Shown piece by piece: positions 39,571-48,235 of a DNA stretch of 64,000 nt. Under the pieces are notes generated by a model. The model was given only the letters and a program-made list of their open reading frames with translations, made no database searches and was not told the origin of the DNA. Positions within the stretch are counted from its first letter, which is position 1. Each line of letters starts with the position of its first letter. A program made the translations under genes and the position numbers. Source of the stretch: an uncultured delta proteobacterium (GTDB lineage: Bacteria > Myxococcota_A > Polyangia > Fen-1088); the NCBI GenBank assembly GCA_963767925.1, contig CAVYGB010000002.1, positions 2,176,001-2,240,000 of the forward strand. Reading direction: 5' to 3'.

Positions 39571-40140
39571 ATGAGCGCTCCGAGGCACTTCGCAGACATC
39601 GCGCCCGAGCGGGTCCGACCCTTGCGGCGCGTAGAGTACGAAGCGCTGGTGGCTCAAGGCCTATTTACCGACGAGCGGATCGAGCTTCTGGAGGGAGTGA
39701 TCGTCGAGATGAGCCCACAGAATCCTCGCCACGCCGCAGTGGTCGAACGTCTAACCAACCGGCTCGTCCGGGCCGTCGGCGATCGCGCCAGCGTGCGCGT
39801 CCAGCTCCCTCTCGCCGTTTCTGACGAGTCGATGCCGGAGCCGGACCTGGCCGTCGTGCCGGTGGCGGACCACGATCGCGAGCATCCCACAACGGCCTGG
39901 CTCGTGATCGAGGTCGCCGATGCGTCGTTGCGAAAGGACCGGCGGGTCAAGAGCGAGGTCTACGCGCGAGGCGGTGCTCTGGAGTACTGGATCGTCAACC
40001 TGATCGACGGCTGCATCGAGGTCCACACCGACGCAGTCGACCTGGCCTACAAAACCGTCACCACTGTGCGCGCTGGTGAGTCCCTCTGTCTGCGTCGGTT
40101 CCCCGACGTGGAACTCGCGGTGGCGGACATCCTTCGCTGA
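39571..40140 (+). CDS. Uma2-family PD-(D/E)XK endonuclease-like protein
   Basis: RIELLEGVIVEMSPQNPRH, PEPDLAVV, LVIEVADASL..DR..K..VYA, EYWIVNL. Confidence 0.92.
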   Translation: MSAPRHFADIAPERVRPLRRVEYEALVAQGLFTDERIELLEGVIVEMSPQNPRHAAVVERLTNRLVRAVGDRASVRVQLPLAVSDESMPEPDLAVVPVADHDREHPTTAWLVIEVADASLRKDRRVKSEVYARGGALEYWIVNLIDGCIEVHTDAVDLAYKTVTTVRAGESLCLRRFPDVELAVADILR

Positions 40141-40221
40141 CCGCTTCGACCTTACGAGCTGGATCGCCGCGCGCATGCGCACTTCGGAGACCCGGCCCCC
40201 CGCTGCAACCCGACCCTGCGG

Positions 40222-40325
40222 TCACCGCTCCCAGAGCCCGGCCAGGTCGATCTCCGGGGCGTCGAACGGGCTCAGGCGCACGACCACATCACCGTCGTGC
40301 CGGCCGAAGAGGTGCCAACACCCCG
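40222..40325 (-). pseudogene. C-terminal fragment of a second Uma2 gene
   Basis: WHLFGRHDGDVVVRLSPFDAPEIDLAGLWER*; ends next to the left direct repeat. Confidence 0.5.
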
Positions 40326-40420
40326 GACCCGCGCGGTCACTCGGGGCGTCGGTCGTCGAGCGCTGATTCGACAGACCTCGTTGACCGATGAGGACGCCCT
40401 TCACGGGTGCGTGAGCGAAT

Positions 40421-41041
40421 TCACCACGGGTCCGGCTCAGGTTGGACCTTGGTGAGACGACTCTCCAGGTGACGACGGATCTGCTGACGGGCGCGGTAGA
40501 TGCGGGTCCCCACCGTCGACCGCGGGATGTCGAGCGCGCGACCGATGGCGTCGTAAGACCTCCCGGCTGCGGAAAGCAGGAAAGCCCGCCGAAGCGACTC
40601 ACTCAACCTGGGAAGTACGTCGAACACCGCTTGCCTGTCCAGCCCCTGCCACGGGGCCTCCGGCTCAGCCGGGAGGTAGGGGACTTGTTCGATGACGTCA
40701 TCCGCGTCGAGCGAAATGCGGTTCCTGGGGGAACGCACCCGGTCCAGAAACAGGTTCTGCATGATAATCAGCAGCCAGGCGCGAGTTCCGGCCGGTCCGA
40801 TGCGGATGCTCCAGCGCTTCAGCGCGCGTTCGACGGTATCGTGCAGCAGGTCCTCGGCATCCGAGCGATTACGGGTCAGGAGGACTGCACGTTTCTCGAG
40901 GACTGCAAGATGAGACATCAGAAAGCCACTGTCTGTTCCGCTTGTGCGCGTGGCTTTTGGCGTCGCCGCTGAGCGCCCCGGACCCTCCCCTCCGAGGTCG
41001 AAATGAAACCCATACCGTTGCGCAACAGACGTCGGTTCCAT
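40421..41041 (-). CDS. ECF RNA polymerase sigma factor
   Basis: LTRNRSDAEDLLHDT, RAWLLIIMQNLFLD, SYDAIGRALDIPRSTVGTRIYRAR; RBS GGAGGA before ATG 41041 (alternative 40918). Confidence 0.85.
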   Translation of the reverse strand: MEPTSVAQRYGFHFDLGGEGPGRSAATPKATRTSGTDSGFLMSHLAVLEKRAVLLTRNRSDAEDLLHDTVERALKRWSIRIGPAGTRAWLLIIMQNLFLDRVRSPRNRISLDADDVIEQVPYLPAEPEAPWQGLDRQAVFDVLPRLSESLRRAFLLSAAGRSYDAIGRALDIPRSTVGTRIYRARQQIRRHLESRLTKVQPEPDPW

Positions 41042-41102
41042 TGGCTTCCTCCGCTGCCCGAACGCTAGGGTTTGCGCTCTCCCGACCCAAGCCCCCAACC
41101 GA

Positions 41103-41132
41103 CGGACGGTCGATCGGGCCGATAAGCGGTCG
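41103..41132 (-). promoter_or_regulatory. Candidate LytTR box upstream of the island sigma gene
   Basis: Minus strand CGACCGCTTA-N10-CGACCGTCCG, 62 nt from the ATG; followed by TTGGGT-N17-TAGCGT. Confidence 0.45.
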
Positions 41133-41180
41133 CCTTTTGCTGGCGGGTGGGCCCGAGGGGTCTTTGCCCCTGCCTGCGAA

Positions 41181-41387
41181 TCAGCGCCTTGGGCCCGGCT
41201 CCATCCCTTCAACGACCACTGGCCAGCGACCGACCACCACTGGCAGCGCCCGCCTGGCCTGCGCGCTCGAAACGAACACGGTGATACAGGGCCTCCCGTC
41301 GACAAGTCCCTCCGCGACGCCTTCGACGCCTTCGATCCGATCCACCCAGGTCTCGGCGTGTTCGAGGGCTTCTATGAACGTCATCAT
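41181..41387 (-). CDS. Small hypothetical protein (68 aa)
   Basis: Starts 7 nt after the kinase stop; IEGVEGVAEG..DGRPCITVFV...LP..VGRWPVVVE. Confidence 0.6.
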   Translation of the reverse strand: MMTFIEALEHAETWVDRIEGVEGVAEGLVDGRPCITVFVSSAQARRALPVVVGRWPVVVEGMEPGPRR

Positions 41388-41394
41388 TGGCAGC

Positions 41395-44300
41395 TCAGGT
41401 GGGTTGGCTTTCGACGACGGGGTTCCGAACTGGCAGAGTGATAGTCACGCTGACGCCGTCTCCGCGTTCGATCTCCAGGCTGTAACCGTCGCTCCCGAAA
41501 AGATATGACAACCGCTGGCGCACGCTCTTGAGCCCCGTGCCTGTGCCGCGAATGCCACCCTTGCCCCAGCCGAGACCGTTGTCTTCAATGCGGATGGTGC
41601 ACTCCGAAGCGCCGACTGTCACGACAACCTGAATTCGCCCTCCGTCGAGCTTGGGCGAGATGCCGTGCTTCACAGAGTTCTCGACCAGGGGCTGAACCGT
41701 CAGCGCCGGAAGGCGCACCCGAGCGAGGTCGCCCGTCGAAGAGATGTCGTAGTTCAGCTTGTCGCCGAATCTTAGCTGTTCGAGGAGGAGATAGGTGCTG
41801 GTGATGCGAAGCTCTTCGTCGAGGCCCACGGTGTGGTCCGCGCTCACGGTGAGCATGTAGCGATAGAGTTGGGCGAGCTTCAGCACTGCCATCTCCGCCT
41901 TCGCGGCGTCGGTCACGATCAGCTGCGCGATCGTGCTCAGGGCATTGTAGAGGAGGTGGGGGTTGACCTTGGCCTGGAGGGCCTCAAGCTGGGAGCGGTG
42001 CAGGTCGGCATTGTTGAGGGCAATCGCCGCCTGGTGACCCAGAAGCGCGACCAGCTTCCTCTGGCGTTCGCCGAACGCCGAGATCGTCAGCCCGTTCTCC
42101 AGATACAAGACGCCTACCAGCGTTCCACGCGCCATCAGCGGCAGGCAGAAGATGGATCCCGGCCGATTCTCCCGCACATGTGGATCGCCCTTGAATCGGC
42201 TGTCCGTGCCCACGTCGGGGATGTGGAGCGCCTCCCGGACCCGAGCGACGAATAGCACGACGCTCTCGGCGAGCAATCGAGTCCCTCGAAGGGGCTCCAT
42301 GCCGACCTGCTGGGCCCTGTCGTTCACGTCCCATCCCGCTGCGATCAACAGATCGCCGTCGCTCTCCTTGACCAGGAGGGCCCGCTCGGCACCAGCCGTG
42401 GTGGCCAGTACCCTCAGGAGCCGCTCGGTCAGCCGGTCGCTCCGGGTCTCGGCGGCGATGGCATACGATGCACGCATGACCGCCTCGGCGTCGATGTCGT
42501 CTTGTTCGCTCGGCGCGACAGCTCCGTCGGTGTTGGTGACGGCCGACCTTCCGGGGTAGGTGGCGGTGAGCTGCGCTACCTTCGCCGACGCGCCCCAGCG
42601 CTCGTAACTATAGGCAGCTATCCGCATCTGCTGGCTCACCAGGGCTAGTTCGCCGCGGGTCTCGTACAGGCTTGCCAGGCGCTCGCAGGCCAGGGCGTGG
42701 GTCAGGTAGTGGTCGAACGCGCCGGCCTGCTCTATGGCATTGCGATAGGTCGCGACCGCGGCGTCCGATCGGCCCTGGAAACGGGCGACCTCAGCTTCTG
42801 CAAGCAGCTGGGTCGGCTGGAAGTTCTCGGGCATCAGCAGGGAGAGCTTGCGCAGGCGCTTCAAACTGGTCGCGACGAACGCGGGCGGGCGCCTCCTGGA
42901 AGCGCCCGACGTGGTTGCACCTCGACACCCTGCCAGGATGCGAAACAGGTCGAAAAACGCCGTGTGCAAGGGGTTTCCCTGCACTACCCGGTTCGAGCGG
43001 AGGCCACGCGCAAGGTCGAGCACGGAGCCGTCCTCTCCCCACAGGTAGTGCAGGCTCATCCGCAGGAGCGCGAAAACACCGCTATATGCCTCGTGCTCGA
43101 GCTTCGGAGCGGTGGGCGCATCGACGAGCGCTTCCGGCCCACGGGACAGAGCGTCGCACCAGGTCCGGACCATCGTAGTCAACACGGCGCTCGCATCCCC
43201 TCCGATACGGCGCGCTTGAACTTCACAGTCATCGAGGCGTCGTCGAATCTCCGCGATCTTGAAGCCGCACATGGGAAGAGACGTCGAGATGCCATCGAGG
43301 AAGTTGGCCGCCACCATGTGCTCCCCGGTCTGCAGGCAACGCTCGAGCTCGGATTCGTAGCGAGTGACGTTGTCCTGGTTCGAACGTTGGAAGGGGCCGA
43401 AGAACGTGAGCATGAGGAATGACACCCGGCAGGCTACGAACGGCGGCGATCGCTCGTCCGCAAGGCGGCTGGCGATGGTGGCGACCTCGACGGCCCGCTC
43501 ATATCGGCCGAAGAGGACGCGATAGAGGACGGCGAGAGAGATGTACGCCATCGGCGACTGCGGCGCGTTGCCGAGGCGAAATGTCAGCGCAATGAGCTTC
43601 AAGCAAACCAGCCCATTCAGCGGTTGGTTGGTCCAGTAGGTCGGCGCCCAGAGCAGGATGAGCAGCTCCAGCACGGTCCGGTCGCGCTCGCTGGACTGGT
43701 CCGGGCGGGCCAGCAGGACCGATCCGGAGAGGTGGCGGGCACGCGTCATCACCAGGGCCAAGGCCACCATCAGCCTGGGCAGCGAAGGCCGGGATGGTAA
43801 CTTGACGCCCAGCTTGGCGAGCGCCAGCAGGCCCGCTTCGATGACGTCCTTGTATCGCTGCAGATGCAGGTAGAGAAGCATTCTGGTCCGCTGCAACGCT
43901 ATCGCCTGGCGCTCGTCGCAGCCGTGCGCGGCGAGCTCCTCGAAAAGCCGCTCGGCTTCGGAAAACTCGGCCGACAGGTAGCTCGACTCCGCCAGCCGAA
44001 GCTTGATCGAGAACGCCAGATCGGGCCGCGAGCTCCCCGAGTCAGCGAGCGCCTCGAGCGCCGCGCCGAAGAGAGCCCGGGCGGTGCGGTAGGCCACCGA
44101 TACGCGAGCGGCGTCGGCCGCGCCCAGGTTGAGCTCGACGAGACAGCGGCATTGCTCGGGAGTGAGACGGCGGCGCACCCGATTGAGGTGGTCGACTATC
44201 TCGAAGGCATCGCCGGGGGCCGGGGCGGGGGAGGCCGCGAGGAGGGCCAGCCCGATCTCGTAGTCGAAGCGGGCGACCTCCTCGGCATCGCACAGCGAAC

Positions 44301-46335
44301 GAGCGGCCTGAGCAACCCGATCGTGAACGAACCGATAGAGCAGGTCGTCCCGGTTGGCCTCATTGGGGACGTGAGCGCCGGGCCGTCGCTCGCGGCGGAG
44401 GAACCCCTCTCCACAAAGCGCCAGGAGGGCTTCGCGCAGTTCGACGGGTTCGAGCGCCGCCACCGTGGCCAGGATGGGCTCCGAGATGTCACCCCCGAAG
44501 CAGGACGCCGCTTTCAGCAAGCCGCGACAGGTGGGCGTGAGGTCATCCATGCGCGCTACGATGAGACTCAGGAGGTTGTCCCCCACCGGCGCCTGGAAGC
44601 CGGGCGGGGGGATGAACTCCCAGCGAAACTCGCAATCGCTGCGGAGTCGCCGCAGCACGCCCTTACCCTGGAAGCTCCGGATGAGCTCGAGCACGAAGAG
44701 CGGGTTGCCTCGTGACTCCTGGAACAGGAAGGCGGCCAGCTCCGCCCCGTTGCGGCATCCCTCGAGGACGCTCTCGGAGAGCTCGTTGGTCTCGGGAAGC
44801 GAGAGGTTCGCCAGGTTGACGGTTCCGGCGAGGCCGGATTCCGCGAGCTGGCTCAGGGCCCTTTCGGTTTGCGACTGGCCCCCGTCAGGGCCGCGGTGGG
44901 AGAGCACCAGGAGCCAGTGTGGACGGGGCAGCGCCAGAAATAGCCGATGCATGAGCGCCAGTGAGGCAAGGTCGGCCCACTGGCAATCGTCGAAGATGAG
45001 CACGATTGGTCGGCTCCCATCGCCCAGAGCATCCGCGAAGGCATCGATCGCGCTGTGGAAGCGATTCTCGGTTTCGGTGGGACCAAGTTGGGGCACCTGT
45101 CCCGGTGCTCCCATCAGGAGCTGCAGGCGAGGGACCCGCTCGGCCAGCACGGCCCGCAGGTTCTCGGCGATCAGCGCAAAGCGCCGCCGCCAGAACCGCA
45201 CGTTCGCCTCGCTCCCAGTGAGCACATGGTCGACGAAGCCGTACAGCGCCGAGAGGATCGCGCCATAGGGAGCCTGTCGGTACTGCTCGAACTTACCGCC
45301 GAGAATCAGACGCGGCGGTGAAGCAAGCTGGCCCACGAACTCGGAGAGCAACCGCGACTTGCCGCTTCCTGCAGGACCGATGATACGCAGGATGCGCGTG
45401 CCTCCTTGCAGCGCCTCTTCGGCGGCATGGCGGAGAGCGGAGAGCTCCAGCACACGGCCGCACAGCGCCGGCGCCTTCAACCGCAACGGTGCCTTCCCGC
45501 GGCCGCCCGGGGGCGGGGCTCTCTGGTCGAAAAACAGGTGCTCAAGCTCCTCGAAGACTTCCAGCGCGGATGACGGGCGCTGGGAGGGGTCCTTGGCCAG
45601 CAGCCTGCCGACGAGGTCCTCGAGCGCGCCGGGAACTTCCGGCCGGTGCCGAGCGAGAGGCTCCGGCCGCGTCGCAAGGAGGCGATAGAGCAGCTCGTGC
45701 CGCTCGTCTGCCTCGAACGGGAACTGCCCACTGAGCAGGTAATACAGGGTGCATCCCAGAGCGTAGAGGTCGGCGCGATGGTCCACCGGGTGGTCGACGC
45801 GCCCGGTCTGTTCGGGCGCGCTACAAAGGGTCAACCGATCCACGGGGGTAGTGCCCCCCGTCGGCCCCCCCGCGATGGTGGCGTGCCCGAAGTGGGTGAG
45901 CCGGACCTCTCCGCTGGCGCGATCCCAGAGGATCGAGCCGGGGGTAAGTCGCAGGTGCGCGATGCCGTGCCGGTGGCAAGTGTCGAGAGCGCGGCAGAGC
46001 CGGCGTCCGATCGCGAGGACCTGGGGAATGGCCAGACCCTGGGCTCGCTGAACGAAGACCGGCCGGCCGTTGAAGTGCTCGAGAATGAGGTAGCTGGTCC
46101 GGTCCTGGTCCACCCGCGCGATGGGCTGCAAGGTCCCGGGCAGCCGTTGGGGCGAGGCCGCAAGGACCTGTAGCTCGTGGTCGAGCCTGAGCACCTCCTG
46201 AAGGGGAGGAAACTCCTCGCCGGGGGTCTTGGCCAGGAAGGGCGCTCCATCGCCCACACGGAGCGCCCGGTGAACCAGGTAGCCCTCGATGTCGTATTCG
46301 ATACCCTGGAGCGTGTAGCCCCCAATGCGTTCCAT
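41395..46335 (-). CDS. Hybrid pseudokinase - AAA ATPase - GAF - LytS-type histidine kinase
   Basis: HLRLTPGS/HFG degenerate kinase motifs, APEQTGR; GPAGSGKS, FDDCQWAD; VLYLENG GAF; LQAKVNPHLLYNAL, QPLVENSVKHG, IEDNGLG, GTGLKSVRQRL. Confidence 0.9.
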   Translation of the reverse strand: MERIGGYTLQGIEYDIEGYLVHRALRVGDGAPFLAKTPGEEFPPLQEVLRLDHELQVLAASPQRLPGTLQPIARVDQDRTSYLILEHFNGRPVFVQRAQGLAIPQVLAIGRRLCRALDTCHRHGIAHLRLTPGSILWDRASGEVRLTHFGHATIAGGPTGGTTPVDRLTLCSAPEQTGRVDHPVDHRADLYALGCTLYYLLSGQFPFEADERHELLYRLLATRPEPLARHRPEVPGALEDLVGRLLAKDPSQRPSSALEVFEELEHLFFDQRAPPPGGRGKAPLRLKAPALCGRVLELSALRHAAEEALQGGTRILRIIGPAGSGKSRLLSEFVGQLASPPRLILGGKFEQYRQAPYGAILSALYGFVDHVLTGSEANVRFWRRRFALIAENLRAVLAERVPRLQLLMGAPGQVPQLGPTETENRFHSAIDAFADALGDGSRPIVLIFDDCQWADLASLALMHRLFLALPRPHWLLVLSHRGPDGGQSQTERALSQLAESGLAGTVNLANLSLPETNELSESVLEGCRNGAELAAFLFQESRGNPLFVLELIRSFQGKGVLRRLRSDCEFRWEFIPPPGFQAPVGDNLLSLIVARMDDLTPTCRGLLKAASCFGGDISEPILATVAALEPVELREALLALCGEGFLRRERRPGAHVPNEANRDDLLYRFVHDRVAQAARSLCDAEEVARFDYEIGLALLAASPAPAPGDAFEIVDHLNRVRRRLTPEQCRCLVELNLGAADAARVSVAYRTARALFGAALEALADSGSSRPDLAFSIKLRLAESSYLSAEFSEAERLFEELAAHGCDERQAIALQRTRMLLYLHLQRYKDVIEAGLLALAKLGVKLPSRPSLPRLMVALALVMTRARHLSGSVLLARPDQSSERDRTVLELLILLWAPTYWTNQPLNGLVCLKLIALTFRLGNAPQSPMAYISLAVLYRVLFGRYERAVEVATIASRLADERSPPFVACRVSFLMLTFFGPFQRSNQDNVTRYESELERCLQTGEHMVAANFLDGISTSLPMCGFKIAEIRRRLDDCEVQARRIGGDASAVLTTMVRTWCDALSRGPEALVDAPTAPKLEHEAYSGVFALLRMSLHYLWGEDGSVLDLARGLRSNRVVQGNPLHTAFFDLFRILAGCRGATTSGASRRRPPAFVATSLKRLRKLSLLMPENFQPTQLLAEAEVARFQGRSDAAVATYRNAIEQAGAFDHYLTHALACERLASLYETRGELALVSQQMRIAAYSYERWGASAKVAQLTATYPGRSAVTNTDGAVAPSEQDDIDAEAVMRASYAIAAETRSDRLTERLLRVLATTAGAERALLVKESDGDLLIAAGWDVNDRAQQVGMEPLRGTRLLAESVVLFVARVREALHIPDVGTDSRFKGDPHVRENRPGSIFCLPLMARGTLVGVLYLENGLTISAFGERQRKLVALLGHQAAIALNNADLHRSQLEALQAKVNPHLLYNALSTIAQLIVTDAAKAEMAVLKLAQLYRYMLTVSADHTVGLDEELRITSTYLLLEQLRFGDKLNYDISSTGDLARVRLPALTVQPLVENSVKHGISPKLDGGRIQVVVTVGASECTIRIEDNGLGWGKGGIRGTGTGLKSVRQRLSYLFGSDGYSLEIERGDGVSVTITLPVRNPVVESQPT

Positions 46336-46359
46336 GGCCGGCCCTTTCGCTAGACCATC

Positions 46360-46524
46360 CTAGTTCCCTGGAACGGTGATTTCTTGCATATCTCGCCGGC
46401 CCTCTTCGTCCCTGGCTGCGTTGCTCGTCGGTCAAATACGCCAGGTATTCACCCTCTTCGCGCCTTGCCAGGAACGAAGATGCCTCGCCGACATATGCAA
46501 GACTTCACTGTTCCAGGGGACTAG
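46360..46524. repeat. 165-bp imperfect palindrome bounded by CTAG (MITE-like or structured RNA)
   Basis: ctagttccctggaacggtgatttcttgcatat ... atatgcaagacttcactgttccaggggactag; inner stem tcttcgtccctggc / gccaggaacgaaga. Confidence 0.7.
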
Positions 46525-47552
46525 GCGAAAGGCGGAGGCAGCGTCGGCATGAACCCGAGATACGCCTTGTAAGTGACCGCGCCGCGCTCGTCGATCACCA
46601 GCTTGATGTCCAGCCAGCGATAGACCCAGGTTCGCAACCCATCGAGGCGGCTCACCGTGACACCCCACCACGTCCTGAGCGCCTCCCTCTTCGAAGGTGA
46701 AACTTTGTCACGCGCGCCTTCTTCCCAGGCCGAATCGGGCGCCAGGGTTCCTTTGCCGTTGAACTGCGAGAAGGCCAGCCCCAGTCGGGGTCCGACAGCA
46801 TCTCCCACCGTGATGTCCAGAAACGCGGTCTCTCCGCTGGGCCGGTAGCGGCGGGCCAGGACGTCGCCGATGATCCCCATCGATCCGGGCCAGCCGATTC
46901 GTCCAAGGTAGTCGACCACGCTCCCTCTCGGTACGGCAACGTAGAACTTGGTGGTGCAGGGAGTCCGGGCCAGCATGGCCGAGACGTGAATGAGCGATCC
47001 TTCGGGCGGGAGGCAGCGGAGGCAGTGTTGCAACGCCACCAAGGAGGAGCAGTCGACACCAGAGCGGACGAGGAGCGCGAGGCCGGCCTGGCCGATGTCC
47101 CAGGCCAGGTCGCTATTGACCGCAGGCGTCCGCTCGCAGCGGGTCAGATAGTCCGGCTCGAGGCAAAAGCCCGGGCTGGCCAGCGGGGCGGAGCGCTGAA
47201 AGTGGTGGTCGAGATCGTATTCGAGCCAGAAGAAGGGTGTTCTGGAGAAGGCTGGGTCGGAGTTCCACAACCGGAACAATTCGAGCGTTGCCCGCCATGC
47301 GGGAGCCGAGGCTTGGCCGCCGAGACGGCTCTCGAAGCGGTCGGCGGCCTCCCGGTCTCGCACCATGGTCAGGAAATCAACCTGATCCTCCCCGTCCTCG
47401 AGACGGCACTCCAAGTAATACGACACCGTCGAAGGTGGCAGCGAGGCGGCGATCGAACGGCAGTCCTCCAGTCGCCGGGCGGAGACCAGAGCCTCCGGCA
47501 GCGTCGGGCGGATGACATCGAAAACCGCGACCGGATCCCAGAAGGTGGCCAT
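46521..47552 (-). CDS. Conserved hypothetical protein, possible ABBA/PT-barrel prenyltransferase-like fold
   Basis: YYLECRL..QVDF, WLEYD, TKFYV, YLGRIGWPG, KREAL..W, DIKLV...YKAYLGF. Confidence 0.6.
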   Translation of the reverse strand: MATFWDPVAVFDVIRPTLPEALVSARRLEDCRSIAASLPPSTVSYYLECRLEDGEDQVDFLTMVRDREAADRFESRLGGQASAPAWRATLELFRLWNSDPAFSRTPFFWLEYDLDHHFQRSAPLASPGFCLEPDYLTRCERTPAVNSDLAWDIGQAGLALLVRSGVDCSSLVALQHCLRCLPPEGSLIHVSAMLARTPCTTKFYVAVPRGSVVDYLGRIGWPGSMGIIGDVLARRYRPSGETAFLDITVGDAVGPRLGLAFSQFNGKGTLAPDSAWEEGARDKVSPSKREALRTWWGVTVSRLDGLRTWVYRWLDIKLVIDERGAVTYKAYLGFMPTLPPPFA

Positions 47553-47557
47553 GGTCC

Positions 47558-48235
47558 CTACCAGCCGTTCAGCCAGCCCCGAGCGCGGTATTCGCAGTCC
47601 AGGACCCGGCAAAGGACCTCGGCTTGCTCGCGTGCGCTGGTCGGATCCTGCGGCCCCGGATGCTCTCCGGCCTTCCGGATGAACTCTAGAGTCCTGCTGA
47701 AGTCGCTTCCTGGAGCGAGTTGGCTCCAGCGGACCGCGAGCTCGGCGCACAAGGGCTGATCGTTGATCACCTGGGTGGCAAACCCTTTCAGATAGAAGGA
47801 AAAGTAGATGAGATCGAGGAAGAGCCCGTCTCCACGTCTCCAGAGGTCGGGGGTGACTCTCTCCACGTGACACTTGCCAAGGGCGCGGCGAGATTCCTGG
47901 GGGTTGGTGAGGAAATGCTCGAAATCATCCCTCAGCAGGGCAAAGAGCCGCCCGGTCCAGAACTGCAGATCTTGCTGGGCCTTGGCGTAGGCCGTAGGGT
48001 CGCCCTGAATGGAGCCCGCTTGGGGCGTGGGAGCCTGGCCGTGAGGATTGCCCGACGAGACCCGCAGATCGTAGGAAGCGTTCTCGATGCCGATACACGC
48101 CAAACGCATGTTGGCGTCGTTGATGTTGAACCGGGCAAAGCTGGTCCGTAGATCTTCGTGGGACTCGCGGCGATACGCTGACACCGAGGTGGTATGGAAG
48201 ACGAACGAGAGCGGGGTACGCGGCGGATGATTCAT
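47558..48235 (-). CDS. Hypothetical protein (225 aa)
   Basis: ATGA overlap with the dyp stop; protein-like composition; no motif recognised. Confidence 0.7.
   Translation of the reverse strand: MNHPPRTPLSFVFHTTSVSAYRRESHEDLRTSFARFNINDANMRLACIGIENASYDLRVSSGNPHGQAPTPQAGSIQGDPTAYAKAQQDLQFWTGRLFALLRDDFEHFLTNPQESRRALGKCHVERVTPDLWRRGDGLFLDLIYFSFYLKGFATQVINDQPLCAELAVRWSQLAPGSDFSRTLEFIRKAGEHPGPQDPTSAREQAEVLCRVLDCEYRARGWLNGW

Noticed and set aside
46360..46524. Palindrome as an integron attC site
   Set aside because: No RYYYAAC/GTTRRRY core ends, no similar sites between the other island genes, no integron integrase
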